Origin: Chrysomallon squamiferum
Taxonomy: Eukaryota; Animalia; Mollusca
Direction of reading: 5' to 3'
DNA length: 64,000 bases
Assembly (NCBI GenBank): GCA_012295275.1
Contig: CM022670.1
Span: 36,084,001-36,148,000, forward strand
Positions 1-12,827 of this stretch are shown piece after piece. The translations under genes were made by a program, and so were the position numbers. The notes beneath the pieces are model-generated. The model was not told where the DNA came from. It saw only the letters and a list, made by a program, of their open reading frames with translations, and ran no database searches. Position 1 is the first letter of the stretch; the number at the start of each line of letters is the position of its first letter.

Positions 1-2212
1 TACATTAAATCCGAAAAGGTCATTTGTTTTGAAACTTTTTCTTTCTTTTTTCAAATTGTTTTTATGTGCCATTTTTACATATTTTTTCTCACTGTGAAAT
101 TAGAATTACATTTATCTGATGGTTAAGAATTATTTTCAGTTTAAACCTAAGTTAGATGTTTTGTAGTAACATAAATATGGCACCAGAGGATGTGTGACAG
201 CACTGATGTGGTCGTCTCATTTTACTTTTTCAAAAGGTCTTTATAATGTCAGTTTTATTTATGATTGATGAATCAGAAGTTATTGTTTCTCAGCGTGTAT
301 TATCCTGAAAATATATTTAAAATAGAATATGTAAGTTTTAACTTCATTATCTGAAGAATAATAAAGATTATTCAATAGAAAGATCTGATACAGAACACTT
401 AGCAGCGGAATAAAAATTTGCAGCTTCCAGAAAAAAAAAAGATGTGTAGATAATTTTATACTGGCCAGTAGTGTGAACATTTAAAAAATGTTTGCTGTAA
501 ATTAATTTAGTGCCTGAAGCATAAATGTTTATTATATTATTAATTTATGAAGTAGATTTAAAACTAAAACACATTGTTATAATTTGTATGCAATACTGCT
601 CAGTGCAATATTACTTCAAATAATTTGCATTTTAAATATTTTTAGAGTTTGTGATTTTAAAACCATCTTATGCTGTTGTGTTTAACAAATTCTATTATAT
701 CATAACTAAACATCTTACTTTATCAGTATTATTTTAAATAATGATTCAAGATATTCATTTTTGTTTCATTACTTAATAACTGATGCAGGATACAGTTTTT
801 TTGGATAATGTCTCAGATATGAAAATAAATACCCAAGGGTAAAATATAATGCAAAGATTTAATTGCTGTAGTTTCATCACCACCTGTTGAAATTTATTAC
901 AGAAATGCATTTACGATTATTGAAAAACATACCTTCATAATATTGTACTTTAATTATTACTTTATATTTTTTAATTTGGTACTTGTATTTATATACATTG
1001 TTTTCCAATTTATTAATGTGCCTTTTACTATCTCATATAAACAACTTTCACAACTAGAAAACACAGATTATTTGTGGTAGGTGTACTTAAGTAAAAAGTA
1101 AGGCTCATTTAACACTGGGTTGTATTTTTGTGTTTTATTGTTTTATTTTTTTTTGTCCAGTAGAAATGAATAGTGATTAAATTTGCCATCTTTTGTGCCA
1201 GGTTACTGAGAAAATAAAACTGTTGTACTTCAAAACCATTCATAAAATGTGCCAGTAAAAACATAATTTTGCCTCTGGAGCTCTGTGTTGTTTAAAACCC
1301 ATTAAGGTTCAGTGAGAAATTAAATTTAATTGTGTGACTGTTGATCCTGAAATGTTTTGAATATGAAAATAATTTAATAATGTGACTACTGATACCTATT
1401 TTTACAATTTAATTTAAAACGTTTTCAGAAATTATCAATTTTGTTAAAACCACAAAATTGTTTTGAACTGTATATTCATTTACATTTTGTTATAAATCTA
1501 CATTTTCTTGTTACAACTATTAATAATAACAGCAAAAATTATCTTTTTTTGGTAACACATTACTTCTATTGTTAACCATTCTTTATTTTAATTCAATGTA
1601 CATGCATATAAAGTTTTATATTCATTAAATCAAATCACATTATTCTTAACTTGCACCTGATATTTTATTTGAAACTACACAGTAGCAAAAGGCTATCCAC
1701 TTGTGTACTGTTCAGATTTGAAATTACATATCACCCCCTTTTTAAAACTTTTTTCTACAAGGATATTTGTTCTGTAGTATTAGAAAAACAGTTACAGTTT
1801 TTAATATAAAATTATTATGTTTGTTAATAAAGATTGTGTTGACAGCAAAGTTAGTAAAAGTAAGATATATGACATATTTACTTGCTTTGATAAATTCAAA
1901 CTTTAGAGAAACAGACTTGAAGATCAGAAAAGAATTAATGTTGTTTTGTTAAAAATACTGATGTTCATTTTGTATGCCTAATTGATGATGATTTACTTTA
2001 CAGTGTTTTCAAGCCTGCCTAGACAGTCTGTTAAATGATACAGTGTATATAATATTCAAAACTTTAATCACTTTTATAATAAAATATGAGTTACAAGGTA
2101 TTATTAATTTCTAATTCTGCTCAATTATCTAAGTTACTGTCACAATCAAGGTTTAAATGTATTCTTTCAGTCCAAGTTTTATGTATAATATGAAGAGTTA
2201 TTTTGAAGAAAA

Positions 2213-2455
2213 TATTTAGATTAGTCTAGCTATTTAGTTTTTAACAAATTCTACCATGTGTCAATTTGTTTTTGGAAATAGTCATATTGTTTAACAAAAA
2301 TTGAATAATTTATGTAAAATACATAGTATTATTTTAAAGAAAGCATTTAGATTGATTTAGCTAATTAGTTTATAAGAAATTCTACCATGTATCAATTTGT
2401 TTTTGGAAATAGTCATATTATTTTAAAGAAAGCATTTAGATTGTCTAACTAAATA
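2213..2455. repeat. Degenerate local tandem duplication (2 to 3 partial copies)
   Basis: ATTTAGATT...AAATTCTACCATGTRTCAATTTGTTTTTGGAAATAGTCATATT occurs at ~2214-2288 and ~2345-2419. TATTATTTTAAAGAAAGCATTTAGATTG occurs at ~2327 and ~2416. Confidence 0.8.
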
Positions 2456-3974
2456 GCTTACTAGAATTTCTTTTGCAAGGCATTTTTTTTTTCTGGAAAG
2501 GGTTATATTGTTTTTCCAAAATTTGTTAATATAAGTGTTCATTGATGATTGATGGTAAATATAATTCATGTGATTATTGTATGCAAATTTTGTTATTTTT
2601 AATTTACAAACATAGTAAATGAAGCAATAAACTTGTTTTCTTTTTTTATGTCTTTAAATATCTGTATTTTACACTTTCATTCAAATTTCTTTCTTTAAGA
2701 TCTTTTTAAATGACTGAATATTTGTTCCACAACACCTCATCATACATTATTATTAATCTTTGTTAAGAATCATTTCACATTTCTTGCACATTTAACTCTT
2801 TAACATGTATTACTAATAAAGATTAATTATGAATCTTGATAAATGGAATAAATTATACTTTATAAGTTGAAGTTTGAAAATTGTGTAAATTCTTATTCTT
2901 ATTTATGAAATGATTTTTAATCATGGTTAATTCAATATACTTTACAATATACAGTTACAGTTACTAAAAATTATTTAGTCAGCAGGTTTTGCTGCAAATG
3001 CAGGAATTTTAGCAGCATCATTATTTTTTAACCATGTTTTTTATAACAATGATAAATTAATTATTTTACAATGATTAACTTTCCATTCACACACATGTAA
3101 AATATATGTCAGTTTAATGAAAGCATACACATGAATCAACATTTGGTATTTGTCAAGAAAAAAAACAATTATGAATCAAAACAAATCTTTTTGCACTTAA
3201 CAAGAGAGAGGAATCATACGCTTACCAAAAATAAATATTTTGTTTCTAGCTTCCCCCAAAACAGGAAAGCAGTTACCTAGCCATCTGATAAGCCACTCAT
3301 TATAAAACAGCTGAAAAGCAAAATTCTTTCAAAAATTTCTTATTTGGTCTGAAATGGAAATTAGCAAAAAAAAACTTTAAATTGAAGAATAAAAATTTAA
3401 TCACATTTTATTAAAAATACACTCATACAAAATAGAAATATCCAAACTGGATTGACATGTAAGCTATTTAGCTGAACAATATAAAAATTAATTATAAAAT
3501 ACAACATCAAGTAAAAAACATCAAAATGACTAGATAGTGTACACACAAAAATAAATGTAAAAATGAATAAATATGGTATTTACGCTAATACCTTAACATT
3601 ACCCTGTGCCTTTCAAGACACAACTTTAATTCTATGCTGGACACATCCAACCAAACCTTACAAAAAATATGACGGTTCAATAATATAACTTTAATGACAA
3701 ATGCAAATTTTGTATGAGTATTGTATAAATGGTTAAATATTCAAAACTGGATAAAAAAAACAACAACAACAACAACAAAAAAAAAACTACATTAATTATA
3801 CTGTTGGATGGAAGACTTTAGTGAAGAAAATAATACTACTTAACAAAAGAACATTATATAGAGCACCATATTTTTTCACATCAACATACTATGTCTGGCA
3901 ATAATAATATATTGAAAAAAGCATTCCAAAATTTAGAAAAAAAAAAAAAAACAAATAGAAATACTGATAAATAG

Positions 3975-6900
3975 CTATGACAAAGAATCACATGGATTTT
4001 TTAGGTCGGATAGCGTATTGCAACCCACTCCAGGTCGCGTTACCGGTACCGCAAAGAGTCGACCACTGGGCATGCACACGCAGATCTTGTAGTTCTGTTG
4101 TGATTTGTCCACTGCAGATCCCTGCACTAGTGGAGGAAGATTCCCACTAATGTAAATTTTAGACGAATTGAAATGCAGGGAATCCTGAAGAAAACAAGTG
4201 TTTGTATTTTATGACGGTATGTAAAACTAGAATTACAAGAAGCAGATAAATTCAGAATTTCAAATATTGTTATTTTTACTTAAAAATAAAAATTTCAAAA
4301 TCTCAGTTTTAGATACAGACATTTGTATGTTTACTCGTATTAGGCTGTCTTGCTCATGTGTAAATATATTAGAATTTTTTTTTTATCCTAACAATACTAT
4401 CAGCATCTTGTATATAAACAATTTGTCTGTTTTGTGACTAGATATGCAAACTTTTCATAAGTCAAGAATATTAACCATTAAAATCAATTAAATATCATTT
4501 TGTTTTTTAAATACTGTAAAGTGTGTCTATAAAACAAAGAAATCACATTAAAAAAAGACAGCCATTAATATCTTTTAAATTGTAATTAATAAATATGCTC
4601 AGAAAATAACAATCTGATGATATGTTTACATTTTCAAATGAACTTTTTAGAAGCTAAGAAACCTTTCATTCCATGTAACTTTCCTAATGCTATATTTAAA
4701 GACCAGAAATGTGTTATAAAAATCGAGTTTTAAAAAAGAACCTTACTGATGCATTTAGATGAATCGATCCAAGTGTGGATTCCACTTGTATGTTCTTTCT
4801 GACACTCTCGAGAGTTAACCCTTCTGACCCCATGAACTTGACCCTTTTGTTCGATTCAATAAACAGATCAGGATAACCTTGGCGACTGGCAAGCTAAATA
4901 AGAAAACAATTTTATTTTATGTAGTGGAAGTTTCAACCAAACATCCCAATGATGTTAACTATTATATATATATATAATAAAAAATAAAAATAAAAATTGT
5001 AATGTACAAATACAATACTGTAAAATGTGGGTGAGTAGTGCTTATTATTTATTTCTTAAATCAGAAATTTTTTATAACAATATTTAATTAAATACCTTTT
5101 TAATCATTTTTCAGTTATGACAGCAATAAATATATCAAAACCACATAAACATTACAAGAAAACCTAATCAAAATATCATCTTTTTAATGTCCTTAAACGT
5201 CTGTATTATATGTTTTAATTCAAATTTCTTTTAAATGAATGAATTACGGCACAACACATTATATGTTACAAGTAACAGCAATAATGTAAACCAACATTAT
5301 CAAGTATTAATCCAATAGTGTTTGTTAAATTTCTTATCTATTATTAATGACAAAGACATACCTTATCAGTTACCACTGAGAGAGCATGGAGGTTGACAAC
5401 ATTTTTTCTTGGAAGCTGTGTGGTGCTTCTAACCAAATTGATGTTGTTGGTTGTAAACAACATTCTCTCACCATCAATTGTTACTGAACAAAGAAACATC
5501 ATTAAAAATTATTTATGCACCTAGAATTAACAAGTGATTTTTGTGAGAATGAAAATTAAAAATCAGAGAAAATGTATGTGAGAAAAATATTTATGAAGAT
5601 TTATTTAAAATAAAGAAGACAGTAAACAAACTGTCTTTGACTCTTTCTTAACATATTCATTAACTGCAATTCCAAGTATCTCAGAATGCTGATGTAATTT
5701 GTTTACAAAATTTAAATTACTATCGATAGTTAACAACATCAAACTGCATACTTACTTGATGATCCATTCACAACATTACTTTTGAAGAACAGCTGAAATT
5801 AAAAATGTTACATACATTTGTTGACTGTATGAAAATGTCTGAACATATTTTATATGACTGAGTTTATATTTTTAATTAATGAAAGAAAAGTTTTTGAATG
5901 CTGCTTAACAATAGAAACAGTATTATTATAAAGGACAAATAATACTCATAAAGAGAAACAAAAACATTAAGATTAACCCAGGAATACAAAATATCTCAAT
6001 TTTTCTAAGCATCATATTCATGGATAAATCAGAATTATACATCTCTTTTGCAAGAAATTTAAAACAACAAAATAAGTCAACCATAAATGTTGAAAATGGA
6101 AACAATATTATACTTTGTATAAGGAACTAAATGCATTAAAAAGTCTTATTAAAATTTATATGTCAACGATAGAAATCCTTTACTATTATTATGGGAATAG
6201 TAATGATTTTCTTATGACAGTGCAGTGAAGGCTGAAGACTCTAGTTCTTATATAGCAATCAAGATATTATTATTTTTAAAAAGTCAAAGCAAAGACACTG
6301 ACTGACGAATTAACACCACTGATTTTCAAATCCTTGTAGTATCGTGCTCCCAGAGTTGAATGATGAATTAAAACTGTATCAAGATATGTATCTTTTAGGA
6401 ATCTCAAAGGTCCTGAAGGAACAAATTCCAAATCTTGCATGCCAGTGTGATAGATGTGCAAGACATATACGAGACCTGCAGTCAGCTGTAACAAAGAGAA
6501 ATAAAACCAAATAAAATCATCCTTCTTCTCACTCAGTACATTTTATGTAATATCTGTATGATGCTTTTTTTATTTTTATTACTTCTGGTAATTTACTAAT
6601 GCTGAATTCAACAAATAATTAAATTAATGATTATGTCAGAAATATGGACTCAATACATACACAGATATTTGTCAGTTTTAAATTCAAGTAATATCATTTT
6701 TTTTTCATATATAACAGGGGAATCTGAATGTAGTTTTGAGAACAAGTTAAAGGCATCAATTTCAATTGATTTTTAAGTGTGTTACTCTGAATTATTTGAG
6801 TGGCTCTATTTTATCTTTATAAAAGTAATAATTCAATCTGAAAAGCTAAATGCAGCAATAACATTACAAAGAAATAGCAAATTGAAGAAAGAAATAAAAG

Positions 6901-6987
6901 AACTATTGATGTTTTAAATCAACTAAAATAAATAATATTCTAAAAGTTTGATAACAACAATAATCAGGAATGAGAGATGGAGGGAGG

Positions 6988-7058
<71 letters not shown>

Positions 7059-7658
7059 AAAGAACTATTTCTGTTTTAAATCAACTAAAATAAATACCGT
7101 ATATACTTGTGTATAAGTCGAATTTTTGGGAGACTATATTAAGGTAATATTTTGGGGGTCGACTTATACATAGGTAATGCTATTTTTTGCTATGGGATGC
7201 ATCTAAAATAATCGCGGTCTTTCAGCTTTTCAAAAATATAATTTTATCGTATAAACAATTTTGAAAAATTAATTAACAAAACCAAATATGAATGTAAAAC
7301 ATGGTATTCTTCCGTTTAATGACATAAAAATACATTTTAAAGCGAAAAAACCGTCAGCACGGTGTTATGCCTTACGGCGTCTTGCAATGATTTAGGCTAT
7401 AGCTCGTGTAATACATGCATTTACGTTATTATGGTATGTTCGTGCAAGTTATGTTACAGTAGGCGTACAATGTAGGCCTTCATGGCACTGTCACACTGGT
7501 CTAAAAATAGTGACGGTGCCTGGAATCTACAGTCAACTTATACTCAAGTAATAACCAAAATGACGCAATTTTTGGTCTTAAAATACACATCGACTTATAC
7601 ATAAGGTCGCCTTGTACACGAGTATATACGGTAATATTCTAAAAGTGTGATAACAATA

Positions 7659-7714
<56 letters not shown>

Positions 7715-8825
7715 AACAATTGATTTAACATTAGAAAACGATATATGTTTTTACCAAAGCATTGAGTAGAGCAATGATGACCAGGCTCACAACAAAACAG
7801 AAGAAGAAATATCTCTTTCTTCCTCGAATGCCAGTTTTGTGAAGATATTCTTCATTTATGTTGATATAACCTGCTCTGAAGTTACTGTTATGCTCTCGAT
7901 TGACACGCCTTTTTATCTGTGCTTTCTCCCTCATGGACAAAGTGCCAGTGTCCCCAGCATTCGAATGGTCCATGATAGATATATATGCCTATACAGTTTT
8001 AAACAGAAGATTTCGTATCTAATTAAATAAGAAACATATTTTTATATGTGCATGTAAATAGCAAATAAAATATTAAAAATACAAATTTTGTTTGGGGGCT
8101 GTCATTTTAAAGGGGCAAAAATAGACAAAAATTTATTACAGTAAAACATTAAGTGAGCCATTAGCCACATACATAATAATATAATGAATTATAAATATCT
8201 TTAAAAAAAAAAAAAATTTAAGTTCCTTTCTTTCTTTCTTTCTATATCATGGTGACTAACAGACCAGTTGACACATTAAGTAATAGAGGATGTCTAGAAA
8301 TTATCACAAGCATTAATGATTAATGGACTTTCAACACCTGACAGTGTTATGTATTTAAAAAATGTTGGGGAAAATGGCACTGTGAAATTGAGAAAATAAA
8401 AGGCATTCCTATATAATTATATTAATTATTATTGGGATATATAATATTATTTGTGACATTTCTTCTACTATCTACACAATTTATTAACGTAAGTTTTTAA
8501 AACATTTCATTGGTTAATAAATATGTTACGGCAATATACCTTCAAATTAATCGAACTGTCATAGTGCAAATGAGCTGAACCCACTTCCTATAATTTAATA
8601 AATAATCGATAATTCGGAAATTGGTACCGTGTCTTGGATAAATTAAAATTTGTTTTGGTTTCTAATTTTACATTTGACATTACATTCATGAAAAAATAAA
8701 AAATAAAAATAATAATAAATTCACTCATAATGGTTGTCGTTTGAAAATAAGATAATAATTAAAAGTTCTTTAAACACAACTAAATTTACAAAGTTTGTAA
8801 AGTTTGGTACCTCGTCGGTCGCCAT
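3975..8825 (-). CDS. SGCB: Beta-sarcoglycan, 7 coding exons: 8811-8825, 7755-7988, 6303-6485, 5756-5792, 5362-5483, 4747-4893, 3975-4184 (about 315 aa)
   Basis: GT-AG exons join in frame. The N-terminus SMREKAQIKRRVNREHNSNFRAGYININEEYLHKTGIRGRK is followed by one transmembrane helix, and the C-terminus carries the Cys cluster YKICVCMPSGRLF...GC...NPC, both typical of beta-sarcoglycan. The 5-codon first exon (MATDE) is inferred from an in-frame donor/acceptor pair. Confidence 0.93.
6891..7712. repeat. Local tandem duplication of an ~80-bp unit plus (GA)n microsatellite; the second copy is interrupted by the MITE
   Basis: GAAATAAAAGAACTATT...AAATCAACTAAAATAAATA..ATATTCTAAAAG..TGATAACAA..TAATCAG occurs at ~6891-6967 and again at ~7053-7096 plus 7632-7663. 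Each copy is followed by a (GA)n tract (~6991-7054, ~7662-7712). Confidence 0.85.
7097..7631. mobile_element. Non-autonomous Tc1/mariner-superfamily MITE (Tc2-like termini), 535 bp, in SGCB intron 2
   Basis: Terminal inverted repeats CCGTATATACTTGTGTATAAG ... CTTGTACACGAGTATATACGG, with TA on both sides (7095-7096, 7632-7633). Subterminal TCGACTTATAC-like motifs repeat. No ORF. An empty-site copy lies at about 6925-6945. Confidence 0.9.
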
Positions 8826-8880
8826 TGTTATCTTCCGTTTTATTTCCATCCTTTCGGACCATCATTTTGTTTCTGACGTT
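8812..8880 (-). promoter_or_regulatory. Probable SGCB start region with local CpG enrichment, ETS-like CGGAAG and YY1-like AACAATGGCG overlapping the ATG
   Basis: Minus strand reads AAACGGAAGATAACAATGGCGACCGACGAG|GTACCA. CpG is dense here against a CpG-poor background. Confidence 0.55.
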
Positions 8881-9875
8881 GCTGCTTTTTTTTATTATTG
8901 TTGTTATTACATACACACACACACATTAATAAACGTATTTTTCTAATCAATATTTATCAGTTTTTAGTGTTATTTTCTTTTAAACAGTTTTTGTTGTTAT
9001 AATTATATAATTATTATAAAAAACACTTTTTACTTTATTATAGTTTTTTGGTTTTTTGTACGAAAGCTGGCTTCTTTCTGTTGCTTAACACTGCTTAACC
9101 CATTACAACACAGTTTAAATATAAAATTCTATCATTTAACATACACATATTTTGTTACAGCTTTAATATGATGCCAAATTTTGAAAGAACAAAATGAACC
9201 ACAAAACAGACTTTTGTATTGTAGAAATATTTAAACATATCTTATGAAATCTTGGTGAAAACATAAAATCAGGTATGTGTAAACACAGGAAATAAGAAAA
9301 ATAATATAACACCATTTGCAGTAAAAACAGAACTTTTTATTCTTGTATTTTTTTTTTTAAGTAAAACGTACACAGGTGCTGCAGCAGAAGTTTTAACTGT
9401 ACTCCACTTTTCCACAGACCAGTGATAAGACAATCTGATACACAGGTGATGACATCTCCCTGGCTGTCCTGGCATCCTGCCATGTTGGACTACCAAGGAG
9501 TGGGCACAGTCATCATGTGAATGGCATGTTCAGCCATATGTATGTATATATATATATGTATATATATGTGGGTAAAATAAAACTGTGACCAATCACAGAT
9601 GGCCACATATAGACTTAATATTAAAAGAAAAAGATACACACAATAAAATAGCAAGTCTAGACAAAGTCTCAAGATTCGCTCATGACTGTTTAGTGTGACA
9701 ACCATGTCTTGACACTCTGATTAATGAACATTCAAAGTATTTCATTTTATTCCTATCTGCTCCAATTTGTACTACTTTTCACCTTCCTGACATTAAAACA
9801 ACACAACATACAATTGTTACCTAAATACTACTTTTCTATTAGAAAGAAAATGTAATCTGATATGTTTGTGAAAGC

Positions 9876-9916
<41 letters not shown>

Positions 9917-11549
9917 TATTTGAATAGATGTCAATTTTCCAAAAATTTAAAAAGATAATCTACAACTAACAAAAAAAATTATCTAATTTTATCAAAGCAA
10001 AACATCAATTACAACTTAGGTTCAAAATCAAGCTCTTAGTAATATTACAGATATAGTTAAAAACAAAACAAACAAAAATCATAAAAATCACTGAGATGTT
10101 TTGGAGGAAATATCTCATTTTCATGGAAACTGAATTTGAAGAAATTTCAAATCAATAACTAAGAACACAATAAAGTATATTTAAATTTCAAATTTCTGTT
10201 AAAATTTTTGAGAAATCAAAATAAGGTTAAGTCATTCAAAGGTCTGAATAAATCAAATTTGTAGAATAATAAATAAAAAAATTTAAAATTAAAAAATGTT
10301 CCACACATTTGTGTATTCTCATCAAAAACAAAATATTATTCACACCAATTAAAATAGGCAAAAAAAAAAAAAAAAAAAAACAAAGAAAACAATCAAACTG
10401 CTTCATTACAAAAATTAAAGATACATGGTAAGTATAGTATTATTCCTTTTCATGTTATTGTTATCTAAACCATTAAATAATTGTATTAGTGTCTTGTTTC
10501 TTGATATATGCACGTAACTATTGTTACAACATTTATCTGTACAATAATTTATGTAGGTATTTATTATTGATTAAATGTCTGTAATAAATAAAATATAGTA
10601 AAATAAAAAGTAATTTTTAAAATGTCTACATTCTAATGTTTTACACAATACACAAAAACACCAATCTGCAAATGATACAAATTCTATTAAATATCATATT
10701 ACTTATGCGTGACACTTTTATTTGTGGTTGTAAAACACAGACATACAAAACTTGGTGAACTTATCAGGCATCTGAGGTAGTCAAATTCGTGTTTCTAGTT
10801 ACTTGCAATACTTGCAGTTTAAGACTTTCAAACTTTTTTTTTTTTTTTTTTGTCAACCTTTACCCTGTTGCCAACTGTGCATTTCTAAGATGTTGAATTA
10901 TTATCTCAAATTTCGTTTATTGTGTCACTGTATACAAGTCTAATGTGATGTTACTAATACAGGAAAAATCAAATCCAGTCATCGAACAAGCTTTTTCATT
11001 ATTTTTCATTTTTTTTCTTCGAATTCACATTCAGATTCCAAAATTTGGGTAATCTTCAGTGTTCTTTGATGTTAAGTCTTTTTTGTTCTGAGAATGTCAA
11101 TCCGGGATGAAGTCATAATTGGTGACAGAAACACAATGTGTTTATCTTTTCACCATAAATTGTTGGATAAAACACTGTTATCAATTCGTAAAGTCTATTT
11201 ACTAGAATTCATTTTACATTAATGTTATTTTTTTTAATTTAAAGTTAGAAAGCATTTACTGGAAACATTTACTGAGCTTATCAACAGCAAATTTATTTCA
11301 GATTTTTATTATTTTAAAAAAGGTGAATGTAATTAATTTTTTTCAAAAACATTTTAGAAAAAAAATAATGATGTTCCTTTCAAGCCAAAATTTAGAAGAA
11401 ATGTTGTAACATTACTTTCTATGTAATATATATACTAGATCAAATGTCAAAATAGAAAATGCATTTGTGAAATAGACTAAAATAAACTGATAACAAGTTG
11501 TTTTTCAATTCATGAGGGACTGAAAAAAGGAAAAAGAGAGCCCCCCTCC

Positions 11550-11565
11550 AAAAAAAAAAAAAAAA

Positions 11566-11645
<80 letters not shown>
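11550..11645. repeat. Compound microsatellite: poly(A), (AAAT)n, (AAT)n
   Basis: Directly visible. It produces the spurious poly-Leu ORF 11510-11707. Confidence 0.9.
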
Positions 11646-11646
<1 letters not shown>

Positions 11647-12827
11647 TTAAAACAAAATAAAATATCCAGTTAAAGTGATCTCCCTTACACACAGAAAATT
11701 GGTACACACAGAAAATTTAGTAAAACCAAAATACATCAACATTTAAGAACAAATACACAAAGCACTTTAAAGCATCAATATATTCCTATTAATACAGAAA
11801 TCAAAGGTACCGTAATATTCAGTCAAATATATATAACACAAAAGTGTATAATCTTTCATTATTTTCACTTAAATAATAAAAATAGTATATATATGAAGGC
11901 CTGAAAAATTATCAGTACTATTTTGATGTTTTAAAAATAAAGAGATTATTAAAAACTATACAGAAAATTAATCTGTCTTATTATCAGTTAATTTTTAAAC
12001 ATTATTATTTCTTTTTATGTAGAATCAACAGCAAACTCTGTGGTTATTTGATAGATGTGTTTTGTTTTAATTAGTGACAATATATGAAAACGAAAGACTG
12101 TATTGTAAATTTCAAATATCCTGAAGATGTAATTATATTTAACAAACTAATAACTAGCTAAAGAAAATCAAGAAACATTTTGAAAGCACATATTAATGTT
12201 GCTAAATTTAAAAATACTACACATTTGTAATCTTTTAAATCCATAAAAAAATACATTAAAAAGTTACAAAATTGAAAATATATCACAGATACACATTAAA
12301 AACAACATATAAATCAACAACATTTAAAACAATGAACATCATCTACAACTGAAATTTTATCAGAAACTGAATATTATTTTTGTTTTTAAAACCGTTTTAT
12401 TCTTCCAAAATGACACATCTGATATGTAAAGACTGATCTGTAGAACTTCAGATTTCTTAAAATTTTAAACAGTAAGCAGGTTTAATAAATAAAGGAAAAA
12501 AGAAAGAAAACATGTTGGTTTATTTGATTTTAAACACTTCAAAATCATTTCTAAATTATTAAGCTAATACTGGTCAGGACCTTCAGTGTTAATCATTTAG
12601 ATCTTTAAATGCTTGATTTAATTTTCTTTTTTAACTTCATGTTCCTTGTACTTATGTCCAAAATGTATATATATATATATATATATATTTTTTTTCTTCT
12701 TCTTTTTGTATAGAAATGAAATTCCTAACCACAAATTACACAACTAAAACTATTACATGATGTAATTAGATGCTGTAAATCTTAAAACAAAATAAGGGAG
12801 ATCACTATTCTGGTTATTTTGTTTCTC

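Noticed and set aside
1-3400. Possible 3' UTR of an upstream plus-strand gene (T-rich plus strand, AATAAA near 2626)
   Set aside because: No coding exon in the window to anchor it, and composition alone is insufficient.
9441-9519. SECIS or C/D snoRNA reading of the hairpin (AUGA and RUGAUGA present)
   Set aside because: No correctly spaced apical AA or GA quartet, no in-frame UGA in the rebuilt TMEM131 CDS, and no suitably placed CUGA D box.
10773-10795. let-7 gene on the plus strand
   Set aside because: Only the first 9 nt match mature let-7 and there is no precursor hairpin, so it is better read as a target site on the minus strand.
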